DNA from: the human T2T-CHM13v2.0 reference genome, Homo sapiens
Reading direction: 5' to 3' (one strand)
Length of the DNA stretch: 64,000 nt
Assembly (NCBI RefSeq): GCF_009914755.1
Contig: NC_060931.1
In this document: in pieces, positions 25,008-37,948 of the stretch
Layout of the letters: each line of letters starts with the position of its first letter
Position numbering within the stretch: position 1 is the stretch's first letter
The notes under the pieces: model-generated
Database searches by the model: none
Told to the model about the DNA's origin: nothing
Seen by the model: only the letters and a program-made list of their open reading frames with translations
Made by a program: the position numbers and the translations under genes

Positions 25008-25929
25008 ACAGGAATGCTCAAACTGTGGGCCATAGACCTATGGGGGTCTCTGAGATACTTTTAAAGGATCCATAATGTTAAACTATTTAAATAATATTCT
25101 AATACATTGTTTGCCTTTTTCATTCTATTGATATTTGTAGTGATGCTACAAAGCAATAGTGGGTAAAGGTGCCTTAGACAATTGAAAGCAGTGGTACAAA
25201 ACTGTTCTATTCTTCATCTCCACATATTCATTGTTTAAAAATTACAAACTAGTTTCACTTAAGAATGTGGATGCAGCAAAAGTTATTAATTTTATAAAAT
25301 CTCAACCTTTGAGATTTTAGTATCTTAATATTTTGTGTGACAAAATGGGAAATATACGTAGAGTACTTCTGCTTCATATGAAAGTACACTTATTGTCTCA
25401 AGAGTAAAACACTTGTGCCCTTGTTCAGTTGACAAACTGAACCAGCCATTTTTTTAATGCAATACCATATTTTCTTGGAAGAACAACTGACATGTCAACT
25501 ATGGTTATTCAGATGTGGGCATTTGGCAGACATTTTATGAAAAATGAAATTAGCCTGTCACAGCCACTACTACAGGTTTTGCAACTTTCCAATATTCAAG
25601 GACTTTTTTGATAATATTGGTGGTGATGTTGAAGATGTGTTTTCTATATAGGCGTTATATAATGAAACTTGTCAACATTTCAAAAATTAGTATGACTGGG
25701 AGGACCAATATTTTACACATGTCCAATATAGGATGTTACAAAACTGTGCATGGTAAAACAGATATTCAAAGTGCAAGCTACAGGAGTGGTTTAAAATGTA
25801 ACAGTATGGAAAGCCCATTGCTATGGTTTCAGAATCCATGTTGTAACTGCACTTTTGGCAACTGACACTAGTCAAAATTTGGTATGCTGTCAAAGAAGAC
25901 TATCCACAGTTATCTGAGAAAGCTATGAA
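25008..25929 (+). mobile_element. Charlie1a/1b hAT DNA transposon relic
   Basis: Left end cagg..gctcaaactgtgggccatagacc. Decayed transposase motifs IDICSDATK (CTDGA), LLHMKVHLLS (LHTEVRWLS) and KEDYPQLSEKAMK (hAT C-terminus). Confidence 0.85.
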
Positions 25930-26135
25930 AGCCATACATGGTGGCATGGGCCTGTGGTCTTAACTACTTGAGGGGGAGGTGAGGTGGGAGGATCACTTGA
26001 GGCCAGAAGTTCAAGGATGCAGTGAGCTATGATGGCGCCACTGCGGCACTTCAGCTCCCACCTGGGTAACAGAGGGAGACGCTGCCTCCAAAAGAAAACA
26101 GAAAGAAAAGAAAAGAAAAGCAAAGAAAAGAAGAA
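25930..26135 (+). mobile_element. Alu monomer (FRAM or AluJ right arm) with (GAAAA)n tail
   Basis: gaggatcacttgaggccagaagttcaaggatgcagtgagctatgat. Confidence 0.85.
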
Positions 26136-26421
26136 ACATTTTTGCTTTAGTAACTTTAATTAAAAATTATCAAAAGAAAACCCATAACATTGTATATATG
26201 AGATACATTATATAAACTATACTATTCTTCAGCTTTGATAAGTATCTAGGTGTATGTTCAAATGAGTAACATTAAAACACTTTTAGGGGAAAGAATGAAG
26301 AAATCCAGTCAATATGCTAGTAAATTTAATCATTCTTCTTGAATTATATCTGTCCAGACTATGAAGAAATGACCCTCCTCTCCTGCACTTGCTTTTTCAT
26401 TGAAGCTCTCTAACATACATA

Positions 26422-27112
26422 TAGAGCTATTCCTTGATTTACAATGGGGCTACCTCTCCATAACCCCATTTTAAGTTGAAAATATTGTTAAGTCAAAAAT
26501 ACCTCTACTACACCTAATCTACTGGCATTGTAATTACCCAGCCAGTGTTAAATGTGCCAGAACACTTTCAGTAGAGTATTCAATAATTAAATGAGGCCAG
26601 GTACAGTGGCTCATGCCATAATCCCAGTGCTTTGAGAGGCAGATGTGGGTGGATCACCTGAAGTCAGGACTTCAAGACTAGCCTGGCCAATACGGTGAAA
26701 CCCCATCTCTACTAAAAATACAAAAATTAGCTGGGCGTGCTGGTGTGTGCCTGTAGTCTCAGCCACTCTGGAGACTGAGGCAGGAGAATCACTTGAACCT
26801 GGGAGGTGGGGGGGTGCAATGAGCTGGGATCATGCCACTGCACTTCAGCCTGAGTGACAGAGTGAGACTCTGTCTCAGAAAAAAAGAAAATTACATGAGA
26901 TATTCAGCACTTTATTATAAGACAGGCTTTGTGTTAGATGATTTGGCCCAGCATCATGAGAGAGTATTTTACTACATACTACTAGCCTGGGAAAAGATCA
27001 AAATTCAGAATTTGAAGTACGCTTTCCCCTGAATATCTGAATATATATTGATTTGCATCATCATAAAGCAGAAAAAGCATAAGTCAAACCATCATAACTA
27101 GGGGACTGTCTG
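26422..27112. mobile_element. Tigger4 (Zombi/MER46) DNA transposon relic, interrupted by an Alu
   Basis: Ends ccttgatttacaatgggg and cataactaggggactgtctg-ta. Internal ctagcctgggaaaagatcaaaattc. Confidence 0.8.
26595..26890 (+). mobile_element. Alu (AluSx-like) inside Tigger4
   Basis: Full dimer. TSD aattaaatga / aattacatga. Confidence 0.95.
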
Positions 27113-28479
27113 TATCTTCTGTGAGGAAATTCATGCAACAGAAACCATGTCGTCATCGAAATTTGTTGTTATTTAGTATTTCTGAGTAACTTCCACTTGA
27201 TATAACTTCTAAATCTTCCATGTAAATTCTTTGTAAATTATAATGCCTCTATCTCCTGAGTAAATTTACATAATTAATTTATACCTAAATAGAGAACATC
27301 GAATCCATCTTTGTTTTCTCTAATCTTGTATAGTAAGGAGCATTTAAAGTGTTATAGTTTAGAGGCAAGAGCTCCTGGAATATCAAATAACACATTTAGA
27401 TGAGAAAAAGTTATTAGAAAGGACAAACCAGTCTCGATGGGAGTATGAATTGTGTGATTCCTATGTGTTAACCTTGAATTGAGGGAGGGCACCTAATTTT
27501 TTATGCCAACCCCATATGACTAATGCTCTAATGGAAAACTACTGAGATGTAATATACTCCCTGAGCATAAGGAATGCTATCCCTGGTGATTATATAATTA
27601 CAACATTTTTTACAAAGTCATGAAATAATGTGTGCTCCCCTAGGTATGCCTTTAACATCATGTAAACTATAGTTACACTGCTGAGAGTGTAGCTACTATA
27701 AGGATAATAGCAAATGTTAGGTTCTTTATAAACATAAAATCTGGAGACATTGTAACAGGAATGCTAAATCATAAATAAATACTTTGAATGATCATATGTC
27801 CGGCAGTAGTATATCATGTTAGGTGAGAAATGATGTGATCATAAAATTGAAATCCTGTAACCATGATTTAATTGAAACGTGATTAATCAGGGTAAAGGGG
27901 CCCAGTCTGGCCCACTGTTGGGGTATAATCACATGTAGAATTTGGGGAAGCCATAATATTAGATAAGTCAAGAAATAACATAGTAAAATGGGAGCATGAA
28001 AACAACCACAATTTCCATTTCCTCATCATTTCTTGCTATTGGCAACTTCTTGGATTTTTTTATCCAGGATGAACTAAGGATCTATTTCACAGAAATTCTT
28101 AGTAGCACTCTCATTCTCTCTATATCGTTATTATTTTTCTTTTACCATACTCTCCAGACTAATCGCAAGCTCCATGTGAATCCAGTCTTTCTCTCTCTTG
28201 TCTTATTATTTCCAGGCTGGTTAGCGTTACTGGGGTTGCGGGAGTGACAAGCTATGTGACCATGTGCATAGGTATTATTAAAAAGTTAGACTTCCAGGCT
28301 GAGCTGTGCTTTTCAGTACTGCTTTGCAATCCTTTTGTTTTCCCATAGTAAGCTCTTTATTTTCCCATCCTCCATATTTCATGAGCTCCTCCAGATCTCT
28401 TGTAATACATTCACCCTTTTTCAGGTTAATTTTTTTTCACTAATTTATTCTTTTTCTAAGTGAATACTCAAAATCATCA

Positions 28480-28690
28480 AAATAACTAACATTTATTAAG
28501 CAAGTGCCACCAGAAATTAAAATCAGTGCTTAAGCCTCTTTTACCTCTAATAATATTGAAAAGTAAATGTTATTATCCAAATTTTTAAATGATGAAACTG
28601 AAGACCAATATATACAGTTACTAATTGAAGGAGCCAGGATTCAAATTCAGGATTTTATGACTCCCAAGTCAAAATTATTTTCATTACAAT
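28480..28690 (-). mobile_element. MIR
   Basis: taacatttattaagc...atgatgaaactgaag...gagccaggattcaaattcagg. Confidence 0.7.
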
Positions 28691-28967
28691 GTGCTTTTCC
28701 TGTTTTATACTGGTATTTTAAGTGATTTTTACCCTCCTATCCCATCAGTAGTTTAAATCTTCCTAAAGAATACTTTCGTCTATAAGAATTTGAATTTATT
28801 TGTTTATTTATGTATACCTACATGCAATAATCTTATGTTATTGCAATAAATAAACTATTCCTAGCATTGTAAGAGATTTTTAGAAATTAGGTAATTTTGA
28901 TTCATGCACTCCAGAGGATCAGAGTCAAAGAAGGAAGAAAAGATCATTATTTACTAAATACAGGCAG

Positions 28968-29302
28968 TATATTATTTTGCCAGGCCTGCCATAACAAACC
29001 AGATGACTTAAACAAAAAAAAAAAATTATTTCTCACAGTTCTGGAGGCTGGAAGTCCAAGATCAAAGCACCAGCTGGTTTGGTTTCTCCTGAGGCCTCTC
29101 TGCTTTCAGACAGTCCTAAGTATACTGATGGTGCCTCTGTCTCCTCTTATAAGGATATGAGTTCTGTTGGATTATGGACCCACCTTTATAACTTCATTTG
29201 ACTTTAATTATCTCTTTAAAGGACCTATCTCTCAATACAGCCACATCGGGGGTTGCAGCTTCATCATATGAAGTTTGGAGGGACACAGTTCAGTCTGTAA
29301 TT
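28968..29302 (-). mobile_element. MLT1B-like solo LTR
   Basis: ctcacagttctggaggctggaagtccaagatcaa...ctttaaaggacctatctc...ggacacagttcagtc. Confidence 0.85.
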
Positions 29303-29329
29303 GACAGCAAGTATAATCATTGTCTTCAG

Positions 29330-29600
29330 TGAGTTTTGAAGGTATTATGGGTGTTCAGAAAATTGGAGTATGGTGGAGGTGAGGTGATTCTGATAACATG
29401 CTGGAACAAAAGGAGATATAAACTAGAATTTGATGGATGGGTATGGTGTGAAAAAACTGACACAGAGACAGAATATTCTGATAGAAATTAACTACAAGAG
29501 CAAAAATACTTATTAGGAATTAGCAAGGTGTGTATAACAGGTGAATAAGATGTGTCAGTACAGATGGTGATGACCTTGAAAAATCCTCTCGAAGTTGTCA
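29330..29600 (-). mobile_element. Possible degenerate L2 fragment
   Basis: Purine-rich L2-like phrases (aactagaatttgatggatggg, agaatattctgatag, gatgaccttgaa). Confidence 0.35.
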
Positions 29601-29622
29601 TTAGGATGCTCCTTGTGGTTAG

Positions 29623-29660
29623 AATTATTTTTCTCTCTCCTTTTTTACTCATAGGTAAGT
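29623..29660 (+). other. Candidate recursive splice site (3'ss AG directly followed by 5'ss GTAAGT)
   Basis: aattatttttctctctccttttttactcatAG|GTAAGT, with a 30-nt AG-free, pyrimidine-rich tract. Confidence 0.45.
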
Positions 29661-29902
29661 CTAACAGAGATTTAGGGGTTTTGTTTTTATTTTCAATGCA
29701 TAAATCTGCATTGGATTGATGTGAAACTAAAATGATCTGTTGGTGGTACATGGGATAAGCAGTCATCATTGTCTCTTGCACTGAATTCAAACTTTTCAGA
29801 TTTTGGTGCTTTAATAACTTCAATTTAAGGTTTCCTTTTTTTTTGTCTAATCAGTTTTCTTTCTTTCTCCTGACATGAATCTTGTGTTTTTAATCAGCTT
29901 AA

Positions 29903-29922
29903 TATCAGCAATATTGCTGATA
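29903..29922. repeat. Perfect 20-bp palindrome
   Basis: tatcagcaatattgctgata is its own reverse complement. Confidence 0.95.
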
Positions 29923-31022
29923 CTGCTAATGTACAGAAAATACCTAAGTCTACCCTGATGCACTTGCTCATCAATTTCTCTTGCCCGAAAATCTCTACCT
30001 AATTTCCCTTTGTGAATGCAGTTGTTTTGTTAAGGCTACCTTCAAACCCAACTACTGCAGAAGTCAGCCTTGCCTAAGGTTTGTAACCAGTGAATTTCGA
30101 ACTATGTGCAGGCTGTACTCTTCTGTAAAGTATTTGATAATATGCTATCTTGTACAAATCTCTGGATATTTCATACAAGTAAGTTATGTTTTCACAACTA
30201 TATGCAAATATTTTCTTTTTTTACTACCTACATTGCTTAGCATTGCATTGTGCACAAAATGCATACATTGTAAACTTAATATTGACTCTAACAGCAGAAG
30301 CTGTTCTGTGGCATAGGTCAGATACTTTAAAATAGAGAGAAAGAGAAACCCTTACAGGCCACAGGTGGCATTCGTTGATCTTTATAGTGTGACCCTTCCT
30401 ATTGTGCTTTATTTTGGATTGATATTAATGGTATTTTACAAACTGGAATAAGTCAGGTTAGCATGTTCAGTGCTTCATATAAGGAAAAAGATTGAGCTCT
30501 GTATGAAGCCTACCTTTTAAATGGCCATTTTTGGAAAGATTTTGTGCTCTGTGCACAATTTTTTTCTTCATTCTCTTGCCAAAGAAGGCACCCTTCCTCT
30601 CTTCATAACAAAACTTATTCTGTATATGTAATAAAGATAATACATGTGAGGAAGGAAATTGTTATAAATTTGCCTCTCTGATGGCCTTTGACCTTTTCAT
30701 TATAGCATGACTTGGACCACCACCGATATGGGTTGCAAAATGGGTGACATCTCCAAACATTTAAGATAAGACTTTATAATATGGTAAGATCTTATGTGTC
30801 CTTGCAATGTTTAATACATGTACAATTTGAAAAAATCTCATGTTACATCTATTTTGTATAAATGGTAATGTAAATGTAGTTCCTCGTTATTCCCTTATCT
30901 TTTCCGAAAGAGGAATTACCAACTATAAATTAAGAAGGTAGACTGTAAGAACTTCTTTTGATAATAAAAAATACTTAATATGGGAAAAGTTTCTGCATCA
31001 AAAAGCTTTTGAGCAGGGGATC

Positions 31023-31388
31023 TGATATAGTTGGGCTCTGTGTCCCCACCCAAATTTCATTTTGAATTGTAATCCCCATAATCCCCATGTCGAAGGAGGG
31101 ACCAGAAGGGAGGTGATTGGATCATGGGGGTGGTTCCCTGATGCTGTTCTCGTGATAGTGAGTGAGTTCTCATGAGATCTGAGGGTTTTATAAGGCAGTT
31201 TTCCCTGCTCTTGCTCACTCTCTCTCATCTGCCACCATGTAAGCCGTGCCTGCTTCCTCTTCTGCCATGATTGTAAGTTTCCTGGGGACTGCTCAGCAAT
31301 AAAACTGTGAGTCAATTAAACCTCTTTTCTTTATAAATTACTCAATCTCAGTTTTGTCTTTATAGGAGTGTGAGAATGGACTAATACA
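31023..31388 (+). mobile_element. THE1D-like MaLR solo LTR
   Basis: TG...CA ends. ctgtgtccccacccaaat..gaattgtaatccccataatcccca...gaatggactaataca. 5-bp TSD ggatc/agatc. Confidence 0.92.
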
Positions 31389-33903
31389 AGATCTAAGTGT
31401 GAAAATTATTTAATATAGCTTTTTCTTTTGGAGGCAGTATAACTCTCCATGCAAAATTCTGGTTAGGCTGCTAAGAATAATGCTGATTATTACTATCATC
31501 AGCTCATTTTCACTAAAAATTAATTCAATACATATAATTTACTGAACTTTATTATCACCGAGTGCTCTTATAGGTTTTGCAGGGAAAGGGCACAAAGGTA
31601 CATGTCTTGATATCAAGGAGCCTTAAAAGGTTATCCTTTGGTTTTATAACTTTTCTGACCAAAAATTTCCAGTGATATCCTAATATTGATTTGGTTTATC
31701 AAAGCCTATCTTTGATCTCTATCTGCCCTTTCTTCATCTTGTTGCATATGCCATGCTCTTATCACATCATATTTTGCCTCAATGTTTGATCTGGAGGCTT
31801 TGGAAAGACTATCCATTTTAAAAACTGCCAAATTTAACAGGATATACTTAAAGTCTGTAAAAAGATTAAGCCTTTGTGCCAGTACTCTGTGGCTCTGTAA
31901 TACTTACTTTGAAAGTAGACTGAGTAGTCTAAATAAATTTTTAATTAAGCATCTGATTTAGATAATTTGGGACAGAGCAAAGTTGTATTTTGGGTATTTT
32001 TCTTCCCTGTCATTGACACTTTTAAACATATTTTCACTAAAAATATGTGATTTGGCTCTTCTTAATCTTGACGCCAGTGTTACATACTTTTCAATTTAAA
32101 CACACCAAAACTAAAACTTTAGATATAAGAAAACAATGGATGGAAATGCATAGCTTCCAAAAATGGAAATAGACTTTTACTTATTTACTTCATCAGAGAC
32201 TTGATATCATTTTTGTTTTTCTTTTTCTACTTTGTGCTATTTATGAGCATAATCTGTAAGCAACAGGTTACATTCTTTTAAAATACTTTTGCAGGCAATA
32301 TAGTATATATTTGTTTAAATGAAATTCATTTCAGCTCAAATACTCATCTTTTCTCTGTACACACACATATGATAAGACTTTCAGTACTGGTCCTTGTGGC
32401 TTGTCAATGTAGCTCTATACAAGGGTGGTGATTTTTACAAAATCCCCAAAGTAGTACCTCTGTTTTGACTGTCACAGAAGCCTTTAGTTTGGCAGGAAAC
32501 AGATTACCATGTAAGCCAAGTGTGAAATGCCTAACCTTAACCTTGAAAAAAAGGGGCTGCTTAGTAAGTTCTCTTTAGCTTGTTCTAACCTAAAAATTCT
32601 CCTTTCTAGTTCTGAAGCAAAAAAGATCTGTTTCCCACTCATTTTTATAAGCAGAGCTCAGTCCTTAGGAAGAATTTCTTGTTTCATTCTTGGAAATGGG
32701 ACAAGTTCTCTCTCGCTCTCTCTCTCTCTTTTTTTTTTTTCCTAATGAGATAAAGCTTAGAAATAAAACGTAAGTCAATTTCTCAGTAGATTATCTGCCT
32801 ACATTAAATTTTCAATAAATCACCTTCCTGTGCTTAGAAGGGCAATTTGTAAAAGCCATTTATTTGAGGATGGAGAGTTGGGATTTGAAGCATTCAGGGC
32901 AGGTGAGAAGAATGAGCAACAGCATCATATGGTGAGTGAGTTGCATGTTAAGCATGTTGTGAGAAAAGGAGAAGGCCATGATAGAACTTTGAAAAGCAGA
33001 AAGGCGAAGGCAGAGTGTTTAAATGTACAGCTTCAAAAATTTTACATATTGATTTGCTATTAAATATAATCACCATTAATCCCTATTTGACTCATTAATG
33101 TAATGAGAGAACGTGGTTGAAAGTAGGTTCCAAAGTAAGTTCTAATTCTATTTAAAGTTTATTGTAAAGCTAAATATTTAATTACCATAAAGAAGTCCAG
33201 GCTATTTCTGTACTGTCAGAACTGAATAGAAGGATTTACAGCTCCCCATGAATCTGGTGCCTTTTCTGTGGATCCAATAAACATCAATGGTTTTGGGAGA
33301 ATTTTCTGAAGAAGATACAGAAAGAAAGCTAAAAAATTATAACCAAATCCATAATCTTTCATTTTCTATAGCTAGGAAGTTATAATTAAAGCTATTTCAC
33401 CTTACCTACCTGGGCGAGATTGCATCTCTCATTTGATTGCAAGCCTTTCCATATGAAATTACAGCTAAGTCTGTAGTAGAAGAAAGAGCTGCTGCAAAAT
33501 CTTAAAGAATGTTTTTCTAAATTTTTATTGTCCGTTACCCTCTCCATAAATAATTTTTGGAACTCTTGTAATGTCATCATTTTTATATAGCCCAACTCTA
33601 CTCATGTAAATGGCTTTTGAAGTAAAAAGTTTCTCTGGTTTAAATCTGAGACTATCTTACTGGTGTAAATAATCTATCTGCTTGACATTTTATAAGCCGT
33701 CGTATTCATCTTGAGTTTAACTGAAGGTCTCCAAAGACATCTAATTAGGAAAGGAAGGAAAAGACAAAGTTTTGTTTTCAAGGCCAGGACAGTGGTGACC
33801 CTATGCTAAAAGTCTGGCATTTAATTGTATTTCCAAGTAAAAATATGTAAATAGAATGTGAATGTTGCAGTGTATGAATTATAGCAAAAGCAGGAAATCA
33901 GCT

Positions 33904-34080
33904 GAGAGGCAGCATGCTCTAACAGCTTACAGGAGCTCTGGGTTCTAGCTCGAGCTCTGTAATAACTAGATGACTGACCTTTTGAAAGTCATTTATCCTT
34001 GGGCTTCAGCTTTCTCAAGTATAAAATAAGAGGTTGCTGTAGATTCTGCCTAAGATTCTTAAAAGTCTGTAATTCTGTGA
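33904..34080 (+). mobile_element. MIR (MIR3/MIRc-like)
   Basis: gagaggcagcat...ctgggttctagctc...gggcttcagctttctcaagtataaaataag...attctgtga. Confidence 0.7.
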
Positions 34081-34349
34081 CATAGGCTATACTTTATGGC
34101 TTCCTTCTAGCATCCGTTCAACAATGAAATATATTTTATCTTTGGCAATTTTTCAATATATTTTCTGTTTTTCCGTTGACCACCTCTATAGGTTGGATGC
34201 AGGGTGAACAGAACCAGGAAGGTCCAAGCAGAGTATTTTCCCTAGGAAAGTATTAATTGGGAGGTAGGAGTATAGCTGGAGAAAGGGGAAGGAGAGAAGA
34301 GAGTGATAATGTCTTTTAGAGTGACTCTTGTATAAACCCTTGGAAGTCA

Positions 34350-34642
34350 GGCAGGGTGTCGTGGCTCACATCTGTAATTTCAGCTTTGGGAGGTCGACAT
34401 GGGAGGATCACTTGAGCTCAGGAGTTTAAGACTAGCCTGGGAAACACTGTGAGACCTTGTCTCTACAAAAATATGTTAGCCAGGTATGGTGGTGCATGCC
34501 TGTAGTCATAGCTACTCGGGTGGCTGAGGAAAGAGGGTGACTTGAGCCTGCAATGTAGAAGTTGTAATGAGCTTTTATTGTGTCACTGCACTTTGGCCCT
34601 TGAGCCTGGATGACAGAGCAAGATCCCATCTATATATATATA
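34350..34642 (+). mobile_element. AluJ with (TA)n tail
   Basis: gaggatcacttgagctcaggag..agcctggga. TSD ccttggaagtc / ccttggatgtc. Confidence 0.9.
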
Positions 34643-34644
34643 TC

Positions 34645-35441
34645 TCCTTGGATGTCTAAGAATCTCTCAAACCACATATGCCCAAAACTAAATTTCTGAT
34701 ATTCCTCATAAAATCTCCTCTAACCACATTTTAGCAATATTAGGGAATAGAAACCCTATCCTTCCAATTTCCAGGAGAAACACCTTGCAGTTATCCTTGA
34801 TTCCAAGCTCTTTCTCTGATACCTCATGTAATCTATGGCATTATGTTTCAAATGATGTATCCAGAGAGCAACCACTTCTCCTTGCTTCCACACTGGTCAG
34901 CTATTTTGATCTCTCATCTGCTATTACACTAGTTGCCTAACTTGTGTCTCTGCTCAACCCTTGCTCCTCTTGAACTGCCAAAGTGATTCTGTCATACCTA
35001 ATTTTGATCATGTATGTTACCTCTCTAAGGACCTTGTGATAGCTTCCAGTTTTACAGAGAATAAAAGTCAAACTCTTTACAGTAGTCAACATTAGCCCTC
35101 CCTGATCTTCTCCTACCCTTACACTCTTATCTGACATCACCTTATCTTTCTGTTCCTCTGATAGATCTCCTCCAGCTGTTTCTGTTGCTTACTCTGCCCT
35201 TCTCACTGGCATTCTTATTGCTTTTCTTATTCCTGGAACACAGGAGAGGCCTCTGCACTCAGATGCCTTTGCCTAGAACACTTTTGCCCAGATACTCACT
35301 TGGCTTAATCTCATCCTTTAAGTGTCTGGTTTGCCACTCTGTTTAATCCTCCACCTTTGTCTGTTTTGTTTACTGATGCATCCCAAGCACCTAAAACAGT
35401 GCCTGGCACATAAGAGATACTCAGTAAATATTTGTTGAATG
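34645..35441 (+). mobile_element. L2a 3' fragment
   Basis: ttggatgtcta..ctcaaac...aataaaagtcaaactc...aacagtgcctggcacataag..ctcagtaaatatttgttgaatg. Confidence 0.85.
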
Positions 35442-35797
35442 TATTGTTCTTAGATTTTATATTTCTACCACTTTGAGTTGACTTACTTTCACAATTTCTA
35501 ATCTCATCTTCATGTATCTGGTTTATGAATTTAACACTGACATCAATTTTGTACTTTGTTTTAGGGCCAAGTTCTCTGGGGGGAACCCCACCATTTCCCT
35601 CTGTGTCATCAACCATACTATCCTAAGTGCTCTCCAGAAAGAAGGCTGGTTTAGTAAATGGAAGTATTTTTGGTACTATTAACTCCAGAGAAAAGCAGTG
35701 GGAAGGATACTAGGTCAATTTTCAAAGCAAAACCATTCACAGACTAGGAGGCATAATTTATGGACATAATAAGCTGGGACAATGACAGGAGGATTAT

Positions 35798-36271
35798 TGA
35801 AGATAAAATATCCAGTGGTACTTGGTAAAACACAATAGGGAATACTTTATTTAGGATTAATGCAATAGGTATAGGGAATGCAAGGTTTTGCAATGGGGGA
35901 GAGAAATTGGACTCAGCTCCCAATACAGCATGGGCAACTGGGAATTTATAGGAAAAGAGCGGGGTAGAGGTCATTGGACAGACATTATCTAAGAGGAAAC
36001 ATCAAGGGTAAGGAGGATTCTGGCTAAACTGACCCCACGGTATTTTTGCTGAAGACAGGCCAGCATGATCAAACATCACCTGGGGAGTGGTAGAGGATGA
36101 GGAACCTAATCAGACATCAAAGATGATCAGATATTGAGGATGGGGGTTTCTTGCCCGTCAGACTTAGCAGGGTTATTTGCTAAAACTGTATTTGACAAAG
36201 AATTGCACAGATGGGCCTAGGAGAAAATTCAGAAGCCTAACTAAAGTTTGGCCCAGCAAACGATTTTGTAA
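35798..36271 (-). mobile_element. MER31A-like ERV1 solo LTR
   Basis: gcacagatgggcctaggagaa..cagaagcct.actaaagtttggcc and gacttagcagggtt.tttgctaaaactg. Confidence 0.8.
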
Positions 36272-36471
36272 GGAGCAAAAAGATTATAAGAAACAAAATA
36301 GAAAAGTTATCCATTGTAAAAAGAAAAATGTTAAAATACAAAATTGATATTGTAGACAGGTATAAACATGCATTTAAAGACATTAATAACAAGATGGTGA
36401 GTATGTGAGAAAGCCAAGGTAAAGTTCATAGTTGTTATTTATTTCTTCGTATTTTGCTTTGAGATGAAATT

Positions 36472-36581
36472 AAGGAAGGGAAAATGGAGGGTGGGAGGGA
36501 GCAAAGAGAGGAAGGAAGGAAGGGAGGAAAGAAGGAAGGAAGGGAGGGAGGGAGGGAGGGAGGCAGGGAGGGAGGGACGGG
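36472..36581 (+). repeat. (GGAA)/(GGGA)n purine tract
   Basis: Nine GGG runs at 36542-36581. Confidence 0.93.
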
Positions 36582-37521
36582 CGAGCTAATTCAGGGATAC
36601 TAATTGATGAAGCCTGCTTTTGAGATGTCTCCTGAGCCGAAGTGTCATTTGTAGGTATGGACAGCAAGAATGCAAGGTTAGGCAGAAAGTTAAGACCAAG
36701 GATCATGTCAGACAGTAGCAATCTAGCAGGTTTTTTACTGGGTCAGGACCTGAGGAACTAAGAAGGCTGTAAGGCCATGTATACATAGGTCAGTGTATCA
36801 GCAAGAGCTCCGTTTTCTCTTTTCAGTCCCTATTCAGGGAGGACAGAAGAGGCAGAAATGTATTTATGTTTATTACAGCCAATGGTTTAGTCAATGCCCT
36901 GAACAAGCCTGCGTGCCCCTGATTAAGGTAAGGGCAGAGGTGCTGGACCTATGGGGAATGAATGCAGAAATAAGAAAATATTGAGATGTCAATCGTACAA
37001 TTACTAAATACTTTTTGACGTGCATGGTTAAGGTTATAGGAAAGAAGGAAACTGAAAGATGCACCTACAGGAAAAGATAAATGAGATTTTCGAGCAAAAT
37101 GTACATGTTCTAAATAGAAGCTCTATGGATAGTGTTAATGTAAAGTTCTATAAGTAAGTGAAATGGATGTTCAGGTAAGTAATTAAAACAACATAAATAT
37201 AACTGAAAAATGTTGAAACTGTACAATTTACATAAGAATAAAATGAGATATTTAATAGACATTTAAAAATATTATTACAAACTTTAGTTAAAATGTTCAG
37301 ATTGAGAAAAAACTTTGAGGGGGTGGATAACTGTGCCCTTTATCAGCAATTTTAGACAATTGTTAATTATAGTAGAGATGATTCCAGTTAGTAAACAGCA
37401 TTGTGGTGAATCACAGAGTCCCATGAAAAGTAAGCTTTATCTTGATAGAAGAGAGTCATTGAGTTATGATAACTAAATACAAGCAGGGTAGTGTGTATAG
37501 GAAACATTAAGCTAAGAGTTA

Positions 37522-37948
<427 letters not shown>

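Noticed and set aside
25120-25929. hAT transposase motifs as a domesticated gene
   Set aside because: Multiple stops, frameshifts and deletions. An ordinary Charlie1 fossil.
36510-36541. GGAA microsatellite as an EWS-FLI1 response element (also 37841-37860)
   Set aside because: Only 3-5 consecutive GGAA units, much shorter than the typical active arrays.
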